Shown here: positions 46,286 through 56,411 of the stretch, one piece after another
Position numbering within the stretch: the first letter of the stretch is position 1
Layout: every line of letters starts with the position of its first letter
Assembly (NCBI GenBank): GCA_964564035.1
Contig: CAZLZN010000001.1
Span: 14,845-78,844 of the forward strand
DNA: 64,000 nt
From: an uncultured Gammaproteobacteria bacterium
GTDB lineage: Bacteria > Patescibacteriota > Microgenomatia > Levybacterales > UBA12049
Reading direction: 5' to 3'
Position numbers and translations under genes: made by a program
The notes under the pieces: model-generated
Databases searched by the model: none
Told to the model about the DNA's origin: nothing
Seen by the model: only the letters and a program-made list of their open reading frames with translations

Positions 46286-48421
46286 TCAAAAAATTAGTTT
46301 TCCGGATTTGACCTTCGGTTCAATAGTATCTCCCGCCTTAATACTCCCTTCAATTATCCTCGTCGCGATTTCATCGACCAGCTTTTCCTCTATCGCACGC
46401 CTCAAAGGCCTCGCGCCAAACAGCGGATCATAACCGGTTTCCGCGAAATACATTGCAACATCATCCGTTATTTTCAGATCAATATTATTCTCGCTCATCC
46501 TGACCCGAACTTGATCAAGCTGTTGTTTTGCAATCTCAATAATATCTTTGGCAGACAAAGGATTATATATAACAACACTATCTAATCTGTTAAGAAATTC
46601 CGGTTTAAAACTCCGGTGTAAAAGATCCCAAACTTTAGTTTTAATTTTCTTGGCATCTTTTTCCTCCTGTATCAGCTCTCCGCCCAAATTACTGGTCATT
46701 ATCAAAATCGCATTTGTAAAATCAACCGTCACGCCCTTGCTGTCGGTCAGTCTGCCTTCGTCAAATATTTGCAGGAACAAATTAAACACCTGAGGATGCG
46801 CTTTTTCAATCTCGTCAAGCAAAATCACCGAATACGGTTTTCTCCGAACTGCCTCCGTTAGCTGACCGCCCTCTTCATAACCGACATATCCGGGCGGCGC
46901 CCCGATAAGCCTCGCCACCGAATGAGACTCCATATATTCACTCATATCAATTCTGGTCATCGCGTGTTCATCGCTGAATAAAATCCTTGCAAGCGCCTTG
47001 GCAGTCTCAGTCTTGCCCACACCTGTCGGTCCCAAAAAAAGAAACGATCCGATCGGCCTGTTTTTCGCGCCAAGCCCCGATCGACTGCGTCTAATAGCTC
47101 TTGCGACAACATTCACAGCCTCGTCCTGCCCGACCACCTGCTTCTTCATTTCTTCATCCAAATGAAGAAGTTTCTCCGATTCGGTAGATAGCATTCTTGT
47201 AACCGGTATTCCCGTCCATCTGGAAACTACCTTTGCAATATCCTCCTCATCAACCTCTTCGCGCAACACTCTCTCGTCTCGCGGTATTTTATTCCACTCC
47301 TCCGAAAGCATATTTAATTGCTTTTCGATCTCCGGCATCTTCCCGTATTTCAGCTCCGCGGCTTTTTGCAGATCAACATCACGCTCCGCTTGATCAAGCT
47401 CTATCTTCAAAGCGTCGATTTTCGCCCGCGCATCCTGGATCTTTTGAATGGTCTCTTTCTGCTTTAACCATCTATCCTCAATTGTTGACGCCTGTTTTTT
47501 GAGCAACTCTAATTCTTGCTCCCGCTGAACTTTTCGGCTCTTCGCGATATCATTTTTATCTTTACGCAAAGCAGCCAGCTCAATTTCAATCTGCGTAATT
47601 TTTCTCTTGAGACCATCCAGCTCCGCCGGCATACTCTCGGTTTCTATCTTGATAGCGGAAGCCGCCTCGTCAACCAAATCAATCGCCTTATCGGGTAAAA
47701 ATCTTTGCGGAATATATTGAGCCGAAAGCTTTGCCGCGGCAATAATCGCGTTATCCGTAATTCTGATACCGTGATGAACTTCATACTTCTGCTTAATCCC
47801 CCTGAGAATTGATATTGTATCCTCAATCGTCGGCTCATCAATAAGAACCGGCTGGAAACGTCTCGCAAGCGCCGGATCTTTTTCAATATATTTCCTGTAT
47901 TCGGCAACTGTAGTTGCCCCGATCATACGAAGTGTACCGCGTGCAAGCGCGGGCTTAAGCATATTTGCCGCGTCAACCGACCCCTCAGCCGCACCGCCTC
48001 CGACCAATGTATGAAGTTCGTCAATAAATATAATATATTTACCGTCTGAATCTTCGATCGCTTTTATAACCGCTTTCAGTCTTTCTTCAAATTCCCCCCT
48101 GAATTTTGCACCTGCCAGAAGTTGTGCAAAATCAAGTACCATCACTTCTTTGTCGCGAAGGGTAGTCGGTACGGATTTTTCAACGATCTTCTGCGCCAGC
48201 CCTTCGACGATTGCGGTTTTCCCGACACCCGGATCGCCGATCAAAATCGGATTATTTTTCGTCCGCCTGGAGAGTATCTCCATAACCCGTCTGATTTCAA
48301 TCTCGCGTCCGATTACAGGGTCAATTTTCCCTGCCTTCGCCTGTGAAGTCAGATTGATCGTAAACTTTTTTATCGCCTCCTCCGGCGTAACCGGTTTTAA
48401 TAAATCTTGCATATTATCCAT
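46286..48421 (-). CDS. clpB: ClpB disaggregase lacking the N-terminal domain.
   Basis: The protein starts directly at ...LTSQAKAGKIDPVIGREIEIRR, with two AAA+ modules and a middle coiled-coil. The ATG at 48421 is preferred over the TTG at 48445, which lies inside the CIRCE. Confidence 0.9.
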   Translation of the reverse strand: MDNMQDLLKPVTPEEAIKKFTINLTSQAKAGKIDPVIGREIEIRRVMEILSRRTKNNPILIGDPGVGKTAIVEGLAQKIVEKSVPTTLRDKEVMVLDFAQLLAGAKFRGEFEERLKAVIKAIEDSDGKYIIFIDELHTLVGGGAAEGSVDAANMLKPALARGTLRMIGATTVAEYRKYIEKDPALARRFQPVLIDEPTIEDTISILRGIKQKYEVHHGIRITDNAIIAAAKLSAQYIPQRFLPDKAIDLVDEAASAIKIETESMPAELDGLKRKITQIEIELAALRKDKNDIAKSRKVQREQELELLKKQASTIEDRWLKQKETIQKIQDARAKIDALKIELDQAERDVDLQKAAELKYGKMPEIEKQLNMLSEEWNKIPRDERVLREEVDEEDIAKVVSRWTGIPVTRMLSTESEKLLHLDEEMKKQVVGQDEAVNVVARAIRRSRSGLGAKNRPIGSFLFLGPTGVGKTETAKALARILFSDEHAMTRIDMSEYMESHSVARLIGAPPGYVGYEEGGQLTEAVRRKPYSVILLDEIEKAHPQVFNLFLQIFDEGRLTDSKGVTVDFTNAILIMTSNLGGELIQEEKDAKKIKTKVWDLLHRSFKPEFLNRLDSVVIYNPLSAKDIIEIAKQQLDQVRVRMSENNIDLKITDDVAMYFAETGYDPLFGARPLRRAIEEKLVDEIATRIIEGSIKAGDTIEPKVKSGKLIF

Positions 48422-48438
48422 ATGCCAATATTTTAAAA

Positions 48439-48465
48439 TTAGCAATCAAATTTGTCAAGTGCTAA
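48439..48465. promoter_or_regulatory. CIRCE operator (TTAGCAATC-N9-AAGTGCTAA) upstream of clpB.
   Basis: Matches the HrcA CIRCE consensus at 8/9 plus 8/9 with an exact 9-nt spacer. It lies 18 nt upstream of the clpB ATG. Confidence 0.6.
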
Positions 48466-48474
48466 TATCATAGT

Positions 48475-50790
48475 TTGACATATATAAAACATTTATGTTA
48501 TCAAATATATAGAGTGGAAAATAATACTCAAAACAAAGACAAACAACCGTCAGTCATATCTACCTCCGGATCGCGCAAAAAACTATTTATTTTAGCAGGA
48601 CTTGTTGTAATTATATTAATAATTTTAGGTTTTGTTTTCTTTAGCAATACCGGTATAAATAATAACAGCGCTAAAAACCAAGCCCAAAACTCCCCCTCAA
48701 ATACGATAGAACAAAACCGGACCAACAACAACACCAATACCCAGGTAAACAATCAAAATAAATTAATACCCGATCTGATCTATGGTGTATGGAGCGGAGA
48801 AAATTCAGTTATCAAAAGCTACAATTTCGCGTCGGGAGATACCCGTATACTGGCAAACCTGCCTCAGGATATTAAAAAAGTGAGCATTTTATCACCAAGC
48901 TCACTCATATATATAGATAAAACCAACGACCGCGATCATGGCTCCACAATATCAATGTACAATACGCAGACCAAACAAAGCCGTATCATATATACTGCTT
49001 CAGCCGGATATGGAATTGATGATTATGTTCTCTCACAAAATAAAAAATATATTTCTACCTGGGAAGTTGCGTTTGCCCCGAACTCGTCAGTTATGGCCGG
49101 CGGCAAATCTAGACTATTTGTCATAAATATAGATCAGCCGGACATAAAAAATATGCTTTACGACGAAACAGCAGACAAACCGGTACATTACCCGAGGATG
49201 GTTATGAATAATGGAAATGTTCTCGCGGATACATTCATGCCCAATGATCCTATCGGTGGAACAGGATGGGCATACGGCATGAGTCTTGCAAGTTTTGACG
49301 GTAAACAAAAAAAAGACCTTGATACCATGAAAGCCGGAACATACGGCACCCAGCCTGAACCGACTCTTGACGGTAATTATCTGGTTTTTGCGGGATATGA
49401 CGGCAAAAACGGCCCTGGAGAAGCTGTCGTAAATGGATTCAGACAATCGATCCTGACGCCGAACACAATAGAGCTTCTTGATACTAAGACATTTACCCGC
49501 AGTAAAATAGCGCTATTTAACAATGAAGACATTTATAGTACAGCCGGTGTGGATAAAGCTTCAGGACAAATTTTGGTTACTGCTATTTCAAAAAATCTAA
49601 ACGATATGGGCCTGTACCGTTATGACCTATCTAAACAAACCAAAACCAAAGTTGACTTGGATGCGACCAATATTACCGGACTCACGCTGGTTTCCCTCAT
49701 ACCGGACAATCAACTACTCTTGGCAAGCACTCAGGATTCAAATGTATCAATCAGTAATCTTGGTGAAAACTATGCACCAAACCTTTTACAACTTTATAAA
49801 TTTGCAGATGGCAAAACGGAAGTACTCAAACTTCCCGATACCATTATGCAATTTATAACATTTTTACCTATCGATAATGATCTCGTACTGGGGAGTAACG
49901 ACCGGAAAGTATTATCGGAGACTGCAGCTCCAACAAGTATTATTTATTTTGATGAAAAATCAAACAAAAATAAAGAAAGCCTTCAGCTTCACAGTTTCTT
50001 TGTAAAATTAAATCTTGGCCAAAGCAGACTAAGTCAGCAATCGGATAATACTGAAGTGGATGAAGCAACTAGAAAATTATTCGGTGATGACCGGCAAACC
50101 GGAACCAGATGCAGAGACTTAGCGGCCGCCCAATGTTCATCACAAGGATACCAGCCGGACACGACGGAATTCAAGCAATGCCAAATTAGAACCATGGTAA
50201 CAATTAAAACATCGTCGATGAACAATGGCGGAGGTTCATCTGCTGTTTGCTACGACTCACCCCTGTATCTATATGGACCCAAAGGACAACAGGTGCAAGT
50301 AAACATCAATACTCCTGTTTATAATAGCTTCCCTGAATACAAAAACGGTTACAATATAACTTTAGACAACAACAACTTACAAATAAATGGTAAATCATAC
50401 GAAAGTATAAAATATGATTATATTCCGCAAACCTTGGTTAAGCCTGATATGTCATCCGGAAGAATAGTTACCGCTGAGAAAGTAAAAGATGTGCTCGAAG
50501 ATTATTCAAACAAACTAGGATTAAATGAAAAAGAGACCCAGGATCTATTATTTTATGCGGCACAAAAAATCACCAAACCCTTCGTCTTCGTATCCTTCTA
50601 TCCTCATGAAATATCATCCAAAATTCTTCCTATTTCTTTCATGCCGCAACCCGACAATTACCTGAACATTATTTTCTACTTCAAGCAGTTCGATAAATAT
50701 CCGTTTATAAGCGTATCTGATCCGGTATTCCCGCCGCCTCTGGACCGCACCGGCTTCACCGCCGTTGAAATTAGTGGAGTTGTTGAATAA
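48475..50790 (+). CDS. Large membrane-anchored or secreted protein, possibly beta-propeller-like (hypothetical).
   Basis: N-terminal TM/signal anchor, an Asn/Thr/Gln-rich linker, and a long beta-rich body. Confidence 0.5.
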   Translation: MTYIKHLCYQIYRVENNTQNKDKQPSVISTSGSRKKLFILAGLVVIILIILGFVFFSNTGINNNSAKNQAQNSPSNTIEQNRTNNNTNTQVNNQNKLIPDLIYGVWSGENSVIKSYNFASGDTRILANLPQDIKKVSILSPSSLIYIDKTNDRDHGSTISMYNTQTKQSRIIYTASAGYGIDDYVLSQNKKYISTWEVAFAPNSSVMAGGKSRLFVINIDQPDIKNMLYDETADKPVHYPRMVMNNGNVLADTFMPNDPIGGTGWAYGMSLASFDGKQKKDLDTMKAGTYGTQPEPTLDGNYLVFAGYDGKNGPGEAVVNGFRQSILTPNTIELLDTKTFTRSKIALFNNEDIYSTAGVDKASGQILVTAISKNLNDMGLYRYDLSKQTKTKVDLDATNITGLTLVSLIPDNQLLLASTQDSNVSISNLGENYAPNLLQLYKFADGKTEVLKLPDTIMQFITFLPIDNDLVLGSNDRKVLSETAAPTSIIYFDEKSNKNKESLQLHSFFVKLNLGQSRLSQQSDNTEVDEATRKLFGDDRQTGTRCRDLAAAQCSSQGYQPDTTEFKQCQIRTMVTIKTSSMNNGGGSSAVCYDSPLYLYGPKGQQVQVNINTPVYNSFPEYKNGYNITLDNNNLQINGKSYESIKYDYIPQTLVKPDMSSGRIVTAEKVKDVLEDYSNKLGLNEKETQDLLFYAAQKITKPFVFVSFYPHEISSKILPISFMPQPDNYLNIIFYFKQFDKYPFISVSDPVFPPPLDRTGFTAVEISGVVE

Positions 50791-50915
50791 GCATTATAAA
50801 CCTCGAATATATTGACTCTACAAAACAAACTGTTACTGCAGCTCATGACCCGTTGGAGAAATGTTGGTATTGTCAAATACCGACAACAAGAGTATAATCT
50901 GATCTCTTTATATTT

Positions 50916-51749
50916 ATGAGCAAAGAACGTAGCTTACCCGTACCCCACAATCCTGATTGGGGCATGCAACGAGCCCCACTGCTTGAAAGAGATAGTGACT
51001 TCAATAACGCATACTTTAAATATTTAAGAAACACCAGTGAATCCCATGTTCACAATAGAAACCCACAGGAGCCTCGTGCCCTTATGTGCATGGACGAAGG
51101 CATTACACCGCCTGCGCAATCAACAATTCGTGTAGCCGGACCTGTTCCGTTTTTTACGAGAACCAAGGAGACTTTATTGGAAGCGGTTGTTCAAGGCAAA
51201 GTGGTAATTAGTACAATATATAGCCATGATCACTGCGGAGCAATGGGATACAATATGAAAGCCCTTGATCAAGAAGATTACAATCCGAATATCGTTGGGA
51301 AAGCTATGGCGAGATATTTTCAAGACAGAATTAGAAAAGCTCTTTACAGAGAACAGTCCAGTAGCGCTCAGGAAAATGAGCTTGCGTATGGAGGACATCT
51401 TCCGATCACAAGAAGGCCAAGAAACAAACACACTGGTCAGATAATATACTTTGATAACCGAATAAACGGTCTTGACCCGGCCCTTATACCCGGATTGCGC
51501 CCTGGCTTTACAATTAGTCGACGAATTGTCGGCGAGCACGCATCGTATGAATATGCAACAGTTGCACTTGATATTGCATTCAACGCCCAACATTTAGGAA
51601 ATGAACTGGACGAGAAACATCCATTTTATCTTGTAGGATTAGCTCAAGACGAAAGAGATACAAAAAAAATAAAGGGTGAACTTGATGACATAAGGCGCTC
51701 ACATCTCAACGATAAGGACAGGATGCAGGTCAAAATCATTACCGTCTAA
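50916..51749 (+). CDS. Hypothetical protein with a beta-carbonic-anhydrase-like metal-site pattern, divergent.
   Basis: CMDEG ... SHDHCGAMG resembles beta-CA CxDxR ... GHxxCGA, but lacks the Arg of the Asp-Arg dyad. The local GC content looks higher than the surroundings. Confidence 0.3.
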   Translation: MSKERSLPVPHNPDWGMQRAPLLERDSDFNNAYFKYLRNTSESHVHNRNPQEPRALMCMDEGITPPAQSTIRVAGPVPFFTRTKETLLEAVVQGKVVISTIYSHDHCGAMGYNMKALDQEDYNPNIVGKAMARYFQDRIRKALYREQSSSAQENELAYGGHLPITRRPRNKHTGQIIYFDNRINGLDPALIPGLRPGFTISRRIVGEHASYEYATVALDIAFNAQHLGNELDEKHPFYLVGLAQDERDTKKIKGELDDIRRSHLNDKDRMQVKIITV

Positions 51750-51752
51750 AAT

Positions 51753-52763
51753 CTACAGCTTCCTGATCTCCTCCTCCACGAAACCATCCAACTCGCCGCC
51801 CAAAACACCCTCCGTATCTGACGACTCAAATCCCGTCCTCAGATCCTTGACCATTCTGTACGGATGCAAAACATATGACCTGATCTGATTTCCCCAGCCC
51901 GGAGTTTTATATGCACCCTTCAGCTTCGCTTCCTGTTTTCGTCTCTCTTCCTCCTGCAGGAGCCAAAGCTTAGCGCTAAGCAGCTTCATAGCAAACTCCC
52001 TGTTCTGCGCCTGAAATCTCTGCGTCTGTGCAGTTACCACGATGCCTGTCGGCATATGCTTGAGCCTTACCGCGGTCGACACCTTATTCACATTCTGCCC
52101 CCCATGTCCGCCGCTTCTAAACGCCTCAAATTCAATATCATCCTCCTTTATCACAACCCCTGTACTCTGATCAATATCAGGCAGTACCTCAACCAAAGCA
52201 AAAGACGTTTGTCTCAGGCTATCGGCGTTGTAAGGCGACAGCCTCACAAGCCGGTGTACTCCTGCCTCATGCTTCAAATGCCCATACGCATAATTCCCCT
52301 TTATCTCAATAACTATGCTCTTGAGCCCTGCCTCGTCTCCCGGCGTTTGCTCGACAATTTCATACTTCCAGCCTTTTCTCTCACAATACCTCGTATACAT
52401 CCGAAAAAGCATCTCCGCCCAGTCCATGGCCTCGGTCCCACCCTGACCGGAATGAATTGACAATATAACCCCGTCCTTGTCGTGGACAGACGAAAAATAA
52501 AGCAGTGTCTCAAGCTTCTTAAGCAGACTCTCCGCCTCCTTATACTCCCCCTCATCGATCCACAACTGCAAAAGCTCTATCTCCTCAACTTCTTTTTGGA
52601 GATCAGACATCTCTTTCATCTTGCGCGCGGCTGTCTGGTGATCCTGCCAGAAATTAACATGCATACTCTCCGCCTCAAGCTCGCGGATCTTTTTACGCTT
52701 GCCGTCAGCATCAACAACCTCAATCAGCTTACGGCATCGGTCTACCAAAACATCTTTTTCCAT
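51753..52763 (-). CDS. prfB: Peptide chain release factor 2, with no programmed frameshift.
   Basis: SPY (SPF-type) and GGQ motifs. A TATAAT-like -10 sits directly upstream of the ATG; no in-frame CUU-UGA site was seen. Confidence 0.85.
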   Translation of the reverse strand: MEKDVLVDRCRKLIEVVDADGKRKKIRELEAESMHVNFWQDHQTAARKMKEMSDLQKEVEEIELLQLWIDEGEYKEAESLLKKLETLLYFSSVHDKDGVILSIHSGQGGTEAMDWAEMLFRMYTRYCERKGWKYEIVEQTPGDEAGLKSIVIEIKGNYAYGHLKHEAGVHRLVRLSPYNADSLRQTSFALVEVLPDIDQSTGVVIKEDDIEFEAFRSGGHGGQNVNKVSTAVRLKHMPTGIVVTAQTQRFQAQNREFAMKLLSAKLWLLQEEERRKQEAKLKGAYKTPGWGNQIRSYVLHPYRMVKDLRTGFESSDTEGVLGGELDGFVEEEIRKL

Positions 52764-52822
52764 AATATTTACATTATACCCTAGAAAAGATTTGTTTTCT
52801 TATTGAAGAGAAGCGGTAAAAA

Positions 52823-53167
52823 TTACTTATTATTTAAAAATCCCTCAGCTTGAGCTTTTATATACTCCTGAAATCCCCTGAAGTCCTCGGCTATTTTTTG
52901 CCCGCGGTTTACAATATTTACAAGATCCGATACTTTCAAATTCAACGCTTCACCCTGAACTTTTTTAACACCTTCATCAATATCGGATTTGATCTGCCCG
53001 GTCACATCCTGTGCTTTTTCGGTACCAATTCCTTTTACATCCGGAAGCGACTTATTTTGCGGTAAATAAGTTAGAATATTATTTCGAATCGCAGGCTGAT
53101 TATAAAGAAGTATCCCCCCGCCGATGACAATAAAAAGTAAACACAGAGATATAAACTTGAGCAGCAT
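52823..53167 (-). CDS. Hypothetical membrane-anchored protein.
   Basis: Signal/TM N-terminus, 114 aa. Confidence 0.45.
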   Translation of the reverse strand: MLLKFISLCLLFIVIGGGILLYNQPAIRNNILTYLPQNKSLPDVKGIGTEKAQDVTGQIKSDIDEGVKKVQGEALNLKVSDLVNIVNRGQKIAEDFRGFQEYIKAQAEGFLNNK

Positions 53168-53174
53168 AACTTTT

Positions 53175-55022
53175 TTACTTAATCAACTTTTTCACTCTCT
53201 TAACAATATGTTTCGCGCTTATACCGGCGTTATCCAGAAGCTCATCTGCTGTGCCGGACGTTGAGATTTCCTTGACCGCCATTTTCACGACCTGCGCCCC
53301 GCTTCCCGATACCCCGTCCAGTACAAAATCCCCAAGCCCACCGTGTTCAAAATGATCCTCGACTGTCAAAATTATTTTCTTTTTCGTCTCACCCACTGCT
53401 TTTGTTAGCGTTTTCGCGTCGATCGGCTTTATACTGTAGCAATCGATTATCCTAACATTAATCCCTTCTTTTTCAAGCTCTTCATATGCTTTTAACGCCT
53501 CAAATACAGTTATACCTGCGCATGCAATCGTCAACAGGTCCTTTCCGGACCTTCTCAGAACTTTGGATCCTCCTATTTCAAACTTATCATTTTTATCATA
53601 AACGATAGGTGTTTTTGGTCTAAGTGTTCTCAGATATGAGATGCCATTATGCTGTGTTAGGAGAGGCATTAATTTTGCCGTAGACTCCCCATCGCTCGGA
53701 TGAAGAACAATCGACCCGGGAATGGCGCCAAATATCGCGAAATCCTCAAGCGCCATTTGTGACGGCCCGTCCTCGCCAATAGATACACCCGCGTGCGAAC
53801 CGCATATTTTCAAGTTAGCTCCTCCTATTGCAGCGACTCTGATCTGGTCAGTTGCTCTCGTCAAAAAAGCCCCGAACGAAGAAATGAAAGGAATCTTTCC
53901 CAGTCTCTGTAATCCGACTCCGATGCCGATCATGTTTTGCTCTGCTATAAAACACTCGACAAATCTGTCCGGATAAACTTTCAAAAATTCCTGAGAATAT
54001 GTAGAATTCTTGACTTCCGCATCAAGCGCGAAAACATTACTGTTAGCTTCTCCGATTTTTACCAGCACTTGCCCATAAACTTCCCGCGTAGCATAATTTT
54101 TGGATTTATCAAGCTCCGGCAATTTGACTTTGCCTTCTGCACCGGACTGTTTCACCGCAACGGTTTTAACAGGCTTTTTAAGTGTAAACTTCAAATTTTC
54201 ATCAACATCTCCCAATTCTTTCAAAGCAGTCTCAAGCTCATCTTTCTTGAGCGGCTTACCATGCCAACCCGATTTATCCTGAAGAAACGATATTCCGCTT
54301 CCTTTAAAAGTTTTCGCGACAATCACAAAAGGCTTGCCGCTTTTGTTGCTGACAGCCAGCTTAAATGCACGATCTGCTTCATATAAATTATTCCCGTCTA
54401 TTGCGATTACCTCAAACCCGAAAGCCCTGAATCTGTTAATATACTCATCAACCTGATGTCCGAACATAGCCTCCTGACTTTGCCCCAGCCTGTTTATGTC
54501 AGCAATTGCGATCAGATTATCAAGCTTATTAAAGCTCGCGAAATTACAAGCCTCCCAAATTTGACCCTCCGCAAGCTCTCCGTCTCCGAGAAATACATAA
54601 GTATTAAAGGGCAAACCCTCACGTTTCGCGAGTAAGGCCATTCCCGCTCCGACTGACAATCCCTGCCCGAGCGATCCTGTCGCTGCCTCGGCATAAGGAT
54701 AAAGCCTTGTATTAGGATGCCCCTCATATATACTGCCGAGTTTGCGAAGCGTCATCAGATCCCGAAGCGGATAAGCGCCTGCCATACCAAAAAGCGTATA
54801 TAGAAGCGGAGCCGCATGTCCCTTGGACAAAACGATTCGATCGTTATAAATATTTAATGGATTTTTTACATCGTATGTAAAATATCTATCGAATAATACG
54901 GTTCCCAAATCGGCCGCGGAAAGACACGAAGTGGGATGACCCGAACCTGCTTCGGTTGTAGATACCAAACACCATTTCCTGACCAATTTTGCTTTATCTG
55001 CCAGATCGCCCAAACTCTTCAT
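53175..55022 (-). CDS. tkt: Transketolase.
   Basis: TPP-binding GSGHPTS...GDG motifs; full length at 615 aa. Confidence 0.9.
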   Translation of the reverse strand: MKSLGDLADKAKLVRKWCLVSTTEAGSGHPTSCLSAADLGTVLFDRYFTYDVKNPLNIYNDRIVLSKGHAAPLLYTLFGMAGAYPLRDLMTLRKLGSIYEGHPNTRLYPYAEAATGSLGQGLSVGAGMALLAKREGLPFNTYVFLGDGELAEGQIWEACNFASFNKLDNLIAIADINRLGQSQEAMFGHQVDEYINRFRAFGFEVIAIDGNNLYEADRAFKLAVSNKSGKPFVIVAKTFKGSGISFLQDKSGWHGKPLKKDELETALKELGDVDENLKFTLKKPVKTVAVKQSGAEGKVKLPELDKSKNYATREVYGQVLVKIGEANSNVFALDAEVKNSTYSQEFLKVYPDRFVECFIAEQNMIGIGVGLQRLGKIPFISSFGAFLTRATDQIRVAAIGGANLKICGSHAGVSIGEDGPSQMALEDFAIFGAIPGSIVLHPSDGESTAKLMPLLTQHNGISYLRTLRPKTPIVYDKNDKFEIGGSKVLRRSGKDLLTIACAGITVFEALKAYEELEKEGINVRIIDCYSIKPIDAKTLTKAVGETKKKIILTVEDHFEHGGLGDFVLDGVSGSGAQVVKMAVKEISTSGTADELLDNAGISAKHIVKRVKKLIK

Positions 55023-55106
55023 GAAGGAACTTTACTATAGACCAAGATATAAAGTCAAGTATCTCCTGAATTTGTTTTTTACACAAAATTCTGATATACA
55101 AATAAT

Positions 55107-56072
55107 GTGGAAAATTCGATGATTATAATCGACAGAATATACGGAAAGTACAAAATCGATAACCCCCTGTTGATTGACCTTATAAATTCGGCACCGGTTC
55201 AGAGATTGAAAAAAATTGCTCAATACGGCATACCCGACAAATACTACCACCTCACAAACTATTACCGCTTTGAACACAGTATTGGAGTCATGATACTTCT
55301 CAAAAGACTTGGCGCCGGAATTGAAGAACAGGCCGCGGGGCTCCTTCACGATGTCTCTCATACTGCCTTTTCTCATTTGATCGATTGGGTCGTCGGGGAC
55401 GGTACCAAAGAAGACTTTCAGGATGATCAGCACGAAAAATTTTTCTCTAATTCGATTTTGCCGGGTATTATCAAAAAACATGGGTTTGACCCGCAAAAAA
55501 TCTCAAACTACAAAAACTTTACGCTCTTAGAGCAGGAAATACCGGATCTTTGTGCTGACCGCGTCGATTATTCACTGCGCGAGTTCAATCCTGAACTGGT
55601 AAAACAAATACTCCCCGCGTTAAGCGCGTACAAAGGCAAAATAGTATTTACCAATCCCAAACCCGCGTCCCTATTTGCATATTCATTTTTGGAAAAACAG
55701 GAGAGCCACTGGGGAGGATTCGAGGCTGTAACCAGGTACAAATATTTTTCAAAACTTCTCAAAACTGCTTTGGCGGAAAAAGTAATTACCGAACAAGACT
55801 TTTGGCAAACAGACACCCTGATAATTAACAAACTGGAAAAATCCAAAAACACAAATATCCGCGAGCTTTTAAGATCCATGTCGAATAAATCTCTTGAAAA
55901 ATTTCCGCTTAGCGGAAAAATATTTCACAAAAAATTCAGACACACCGATCCGCGCGTACTCATAAACGGCAAACTGAAAAAACTAAGTACGATCGATAAA
56001 AACTTCTCCAACCTGCTGTCAACCGCCAAAAAACACAACAAAGACGGCATCCAAATCCCGATTTTGCCCTAA
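55107..56072 (+). CDS. HD-domain metal-dependent phosphohydrolase.
   Basis: H...HD...H...D pattern (HSIGV...LLHDVSHTAFSH...CADRVDY). Confidence 0.7.
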   Translation: MENSMIIIDRIYGKYKIDNPLLIDLINSAPVQRLKKIAQYGIPDKYYHLTNYYRFEHSIGVMILLKRLGAGIEEQAAGLLHDVSHTAFSHLIDWVVGDGTKEDFQDDQHEKFFSNSILPGIIKKHGFDPQKISNYKNFTLLEQEIPDLCADRVDYSLREFNPELVKQILPALSAYKGKIVFTNPKPASLFAYSFLEKQESHWGGFEAVTRYKYFSKLLKTALAEKVITEQDFWQTDTLIINKLEKSKNTNIRELLRSMSNKSLEKFPLSGKIFHKKFRHTDPRVLINGKLKKLSTIDKNFSNLLSTAKKHNKDGIQIPILP

Positions 56073-56087
56073 AAAAAGCATCACCAT

Positions 56088-56294
56088 CTACACGTTTTTC
56101 TCCCATGCGGCAATCGATGAATGGGCCTCATCCGGAGTCAAGATCTTGACGATTATTCCCATTTGCACCATCACATAATCTCCGACGCTTACAGGATCGG
56201 CGCCGATGAGAGCCTTCCTGCTCTCCGTGCCGTACTGAACCAGCGCTGTCCTTCCATCAACTTTTATGACTTTACCCGGTGCCGCAATACACAT
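56088..56294 (-). CDS. hypC: [NiFe]-hydrogenase maturation chaperone HypC.
   Basis: The MCIAAPGKV N-terminus (MC(L/I)A(I/A)P signature); 68 aa. Confidence 0.8.
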   Translation of the reverse strand: MCIAAPGKVIKVDGRTALVQYGTESRKALIGADPVSVGDYVMVQMGIIVKILTPDEAHSSIAAWEKNV

Positions 56295-56301
56295 AAAATA
56301 A

Positions 56302-56336
56302 TTCAGAATTTAAAATTCAGAATTCAGAATTTCTCA
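56302..56336. repeat. Heptamer-phased array TTCAGAA TTTAAAA TTCAGAA TTCAGAA TTTCTCA.
   Basis: Read directly; lies in the hypC / hydrogenase divergent intergenic region. The unit is the reverse complement of the hisH intragenic unit. An (ATTCTAA)x2 follows at 56361-56374. Confidence 0.7.
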
Positions 56337-56411
56337 ACTTTTGATATTCTTAATTATTGAATTCTAAATTCTAAAATTTTGTAAAATATGTTATGATTAT
56401 ATCATCTTTGT

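Noticed and set aside
48422-48445. TTG start of clpB at 48445.
   Set aside because: It lies inside the CIRCE operator. The first ATG at 48421 gives the conserved start of the N-domain-less ClpB.
51753-52822. Programmed +1 frameshift in prfB.
   Set aside because: The ORF is continuous from an ATG directly preceded by a TATAAT-like -10. No in-frame CUU-UGA-C slippery site or upstream short ORF was seen.
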